From a virus (taxonomy: Duplodnaviria; Caudoviricetes), in IMG/VR virus record IMGVR_UViG_3300025277_001374, positions 1 to 35,151 of that record: DNA of 35,151 bases. One strand, written 5' to 3'. Under the pieces are notes generated by a model. The model made no database searches. It was not told the DNA's origin and was given only the letters and a program-made list of their open reading frames with translations. This document shows, one piece after another, positions 34,672 through 35,151 of this stretch. The number at the start of each line of letters is the position of its first letter. Position 1 is the first letter of the stretch. Position numbers and translations under genes: made by a program.

Positions 34672-34751
34672 TGTGGAGTCTATTAATACAGCTAGCAATC
34701 CTGGTTTCTATACTGGGGTTGGTAGGTGTCTTACTATACTCACTCGTTTAA
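34671..34751 (+). CDS. 26-aa hydrophobic peptide
   Basis: TAATG coupling; MWSLLIQLAILVSILGLVGVLLYSLV*; stop overlaps the stop of the convergent gene. Confidence 0.45.
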   Translation: MWSLLIQLAILVSILGLVGVLLYSLV

Positions 34752-35149
34752 TGACCAGCGGTGGCTGGTTCGGCAATAGTTACCTCAACGTTATCCTCTA
34801 TCGTGATATTGGCTCCCGTGACATTAGTGGCGATAGTAAATTCTTTAGTTGCAAACCCGTCACCCATGCCTACCTCGTTAAGTAACACCTCAAGAGTTCC
34901 AATTGTCAATTTTGAGAGGACACAATTTCCGCCTTTTGTCCACAAATTTTTCAGCCTTAAAAGCCCGACCTTCCCATTAACTCCGCTCGCAGGAGCCTGT
35001 ATCCATATGCGGTCATACGTACCACCATTAGTGATCATCGCATCAGCCTGTTGATGTCCTCCACCGATACTTAACATCCTGCTGGTACCGGGACTAGGCG
35101 AAATTGACTGACCATCTGAGGCGTTGCCTCTAACCACGATTGTATGGGC
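34748..35149 (-). CDS. C-terminal part of a beta-helix-like (probably structural) protein, 5' truncated
   Basis: Frame stays open to the window end upstream of the track's GTG; alternating hydrophobic beta-strand pattern. Confidence 0.55.
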   Translation of the reverse strand, partial: AHTIVVRGNASDGQSISPSPGTSRMLSIGGGHQQADAMITNGGTYDRIWIQAPASGVNGKVGLLRLKNLWTKGGNCVLSKLTIGTLEVLLNEVGMGDGFATKEFTIATNVTGANITIEDNVEVTIAEPATAGH

Positions 35150-35151
35150 TT

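Noticed and set aside
1-35151. tRNA, integrase, reverse transcriptase/DGR, DNA or RNA polymerase, alternative genetic code
   Set aside because: None recognised by eye; long ORFs are intact in the standard code and TAG, TGA and TAA all serve as stops. tRNAscan and HMM searches were not run.

Overview
Most of a tailed dsDNA phage genome (podovirus-like). Both window ends fall inside minus-strand, probably structural genes, which fits a circularly permuted genome with a short missing stretch. The minus strand (1-21325) is the virion operon: TerS, TerL, portal, three putative internal/ejection proteins, scaffold, major capsid, decoration, adaptor, nozzle and tail fibre. 21330-22800 is a control region with divergent sigma70-type promoters, an HTH gene, GTAAC/GTTAC repeats and structured non-coding sequence. 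The plus strand (22832-34751) holds early/middle genes: a Gp88-like Cys-rich protein, PD-(D/E)XK exonuclease, SF4/AAA_25 helicase, RusA, ParB-like protein, SNase, GNAT, and a run of small genes joined by one repeated junction. The most notable layer is RNA. (i) A canonical type I hammerhead ribozyme lies at 23448-23505. (ii) TTCAAACAATC occurs in three early leaders. (iii) A ~118-nt putative sRNA (21468-21585) has a linker that is the exact reverse complement of that 11-mer, and a 5' hairpin complementary to the SD/AUG of those leaders and of six repeated gene junctions at 32.3-34.5 kb. This suggests a multi-target antisense switch coupled to a self-cleaving RNA (inference). All protein calls come from motifs and synteny read by eye; no database searches were run.
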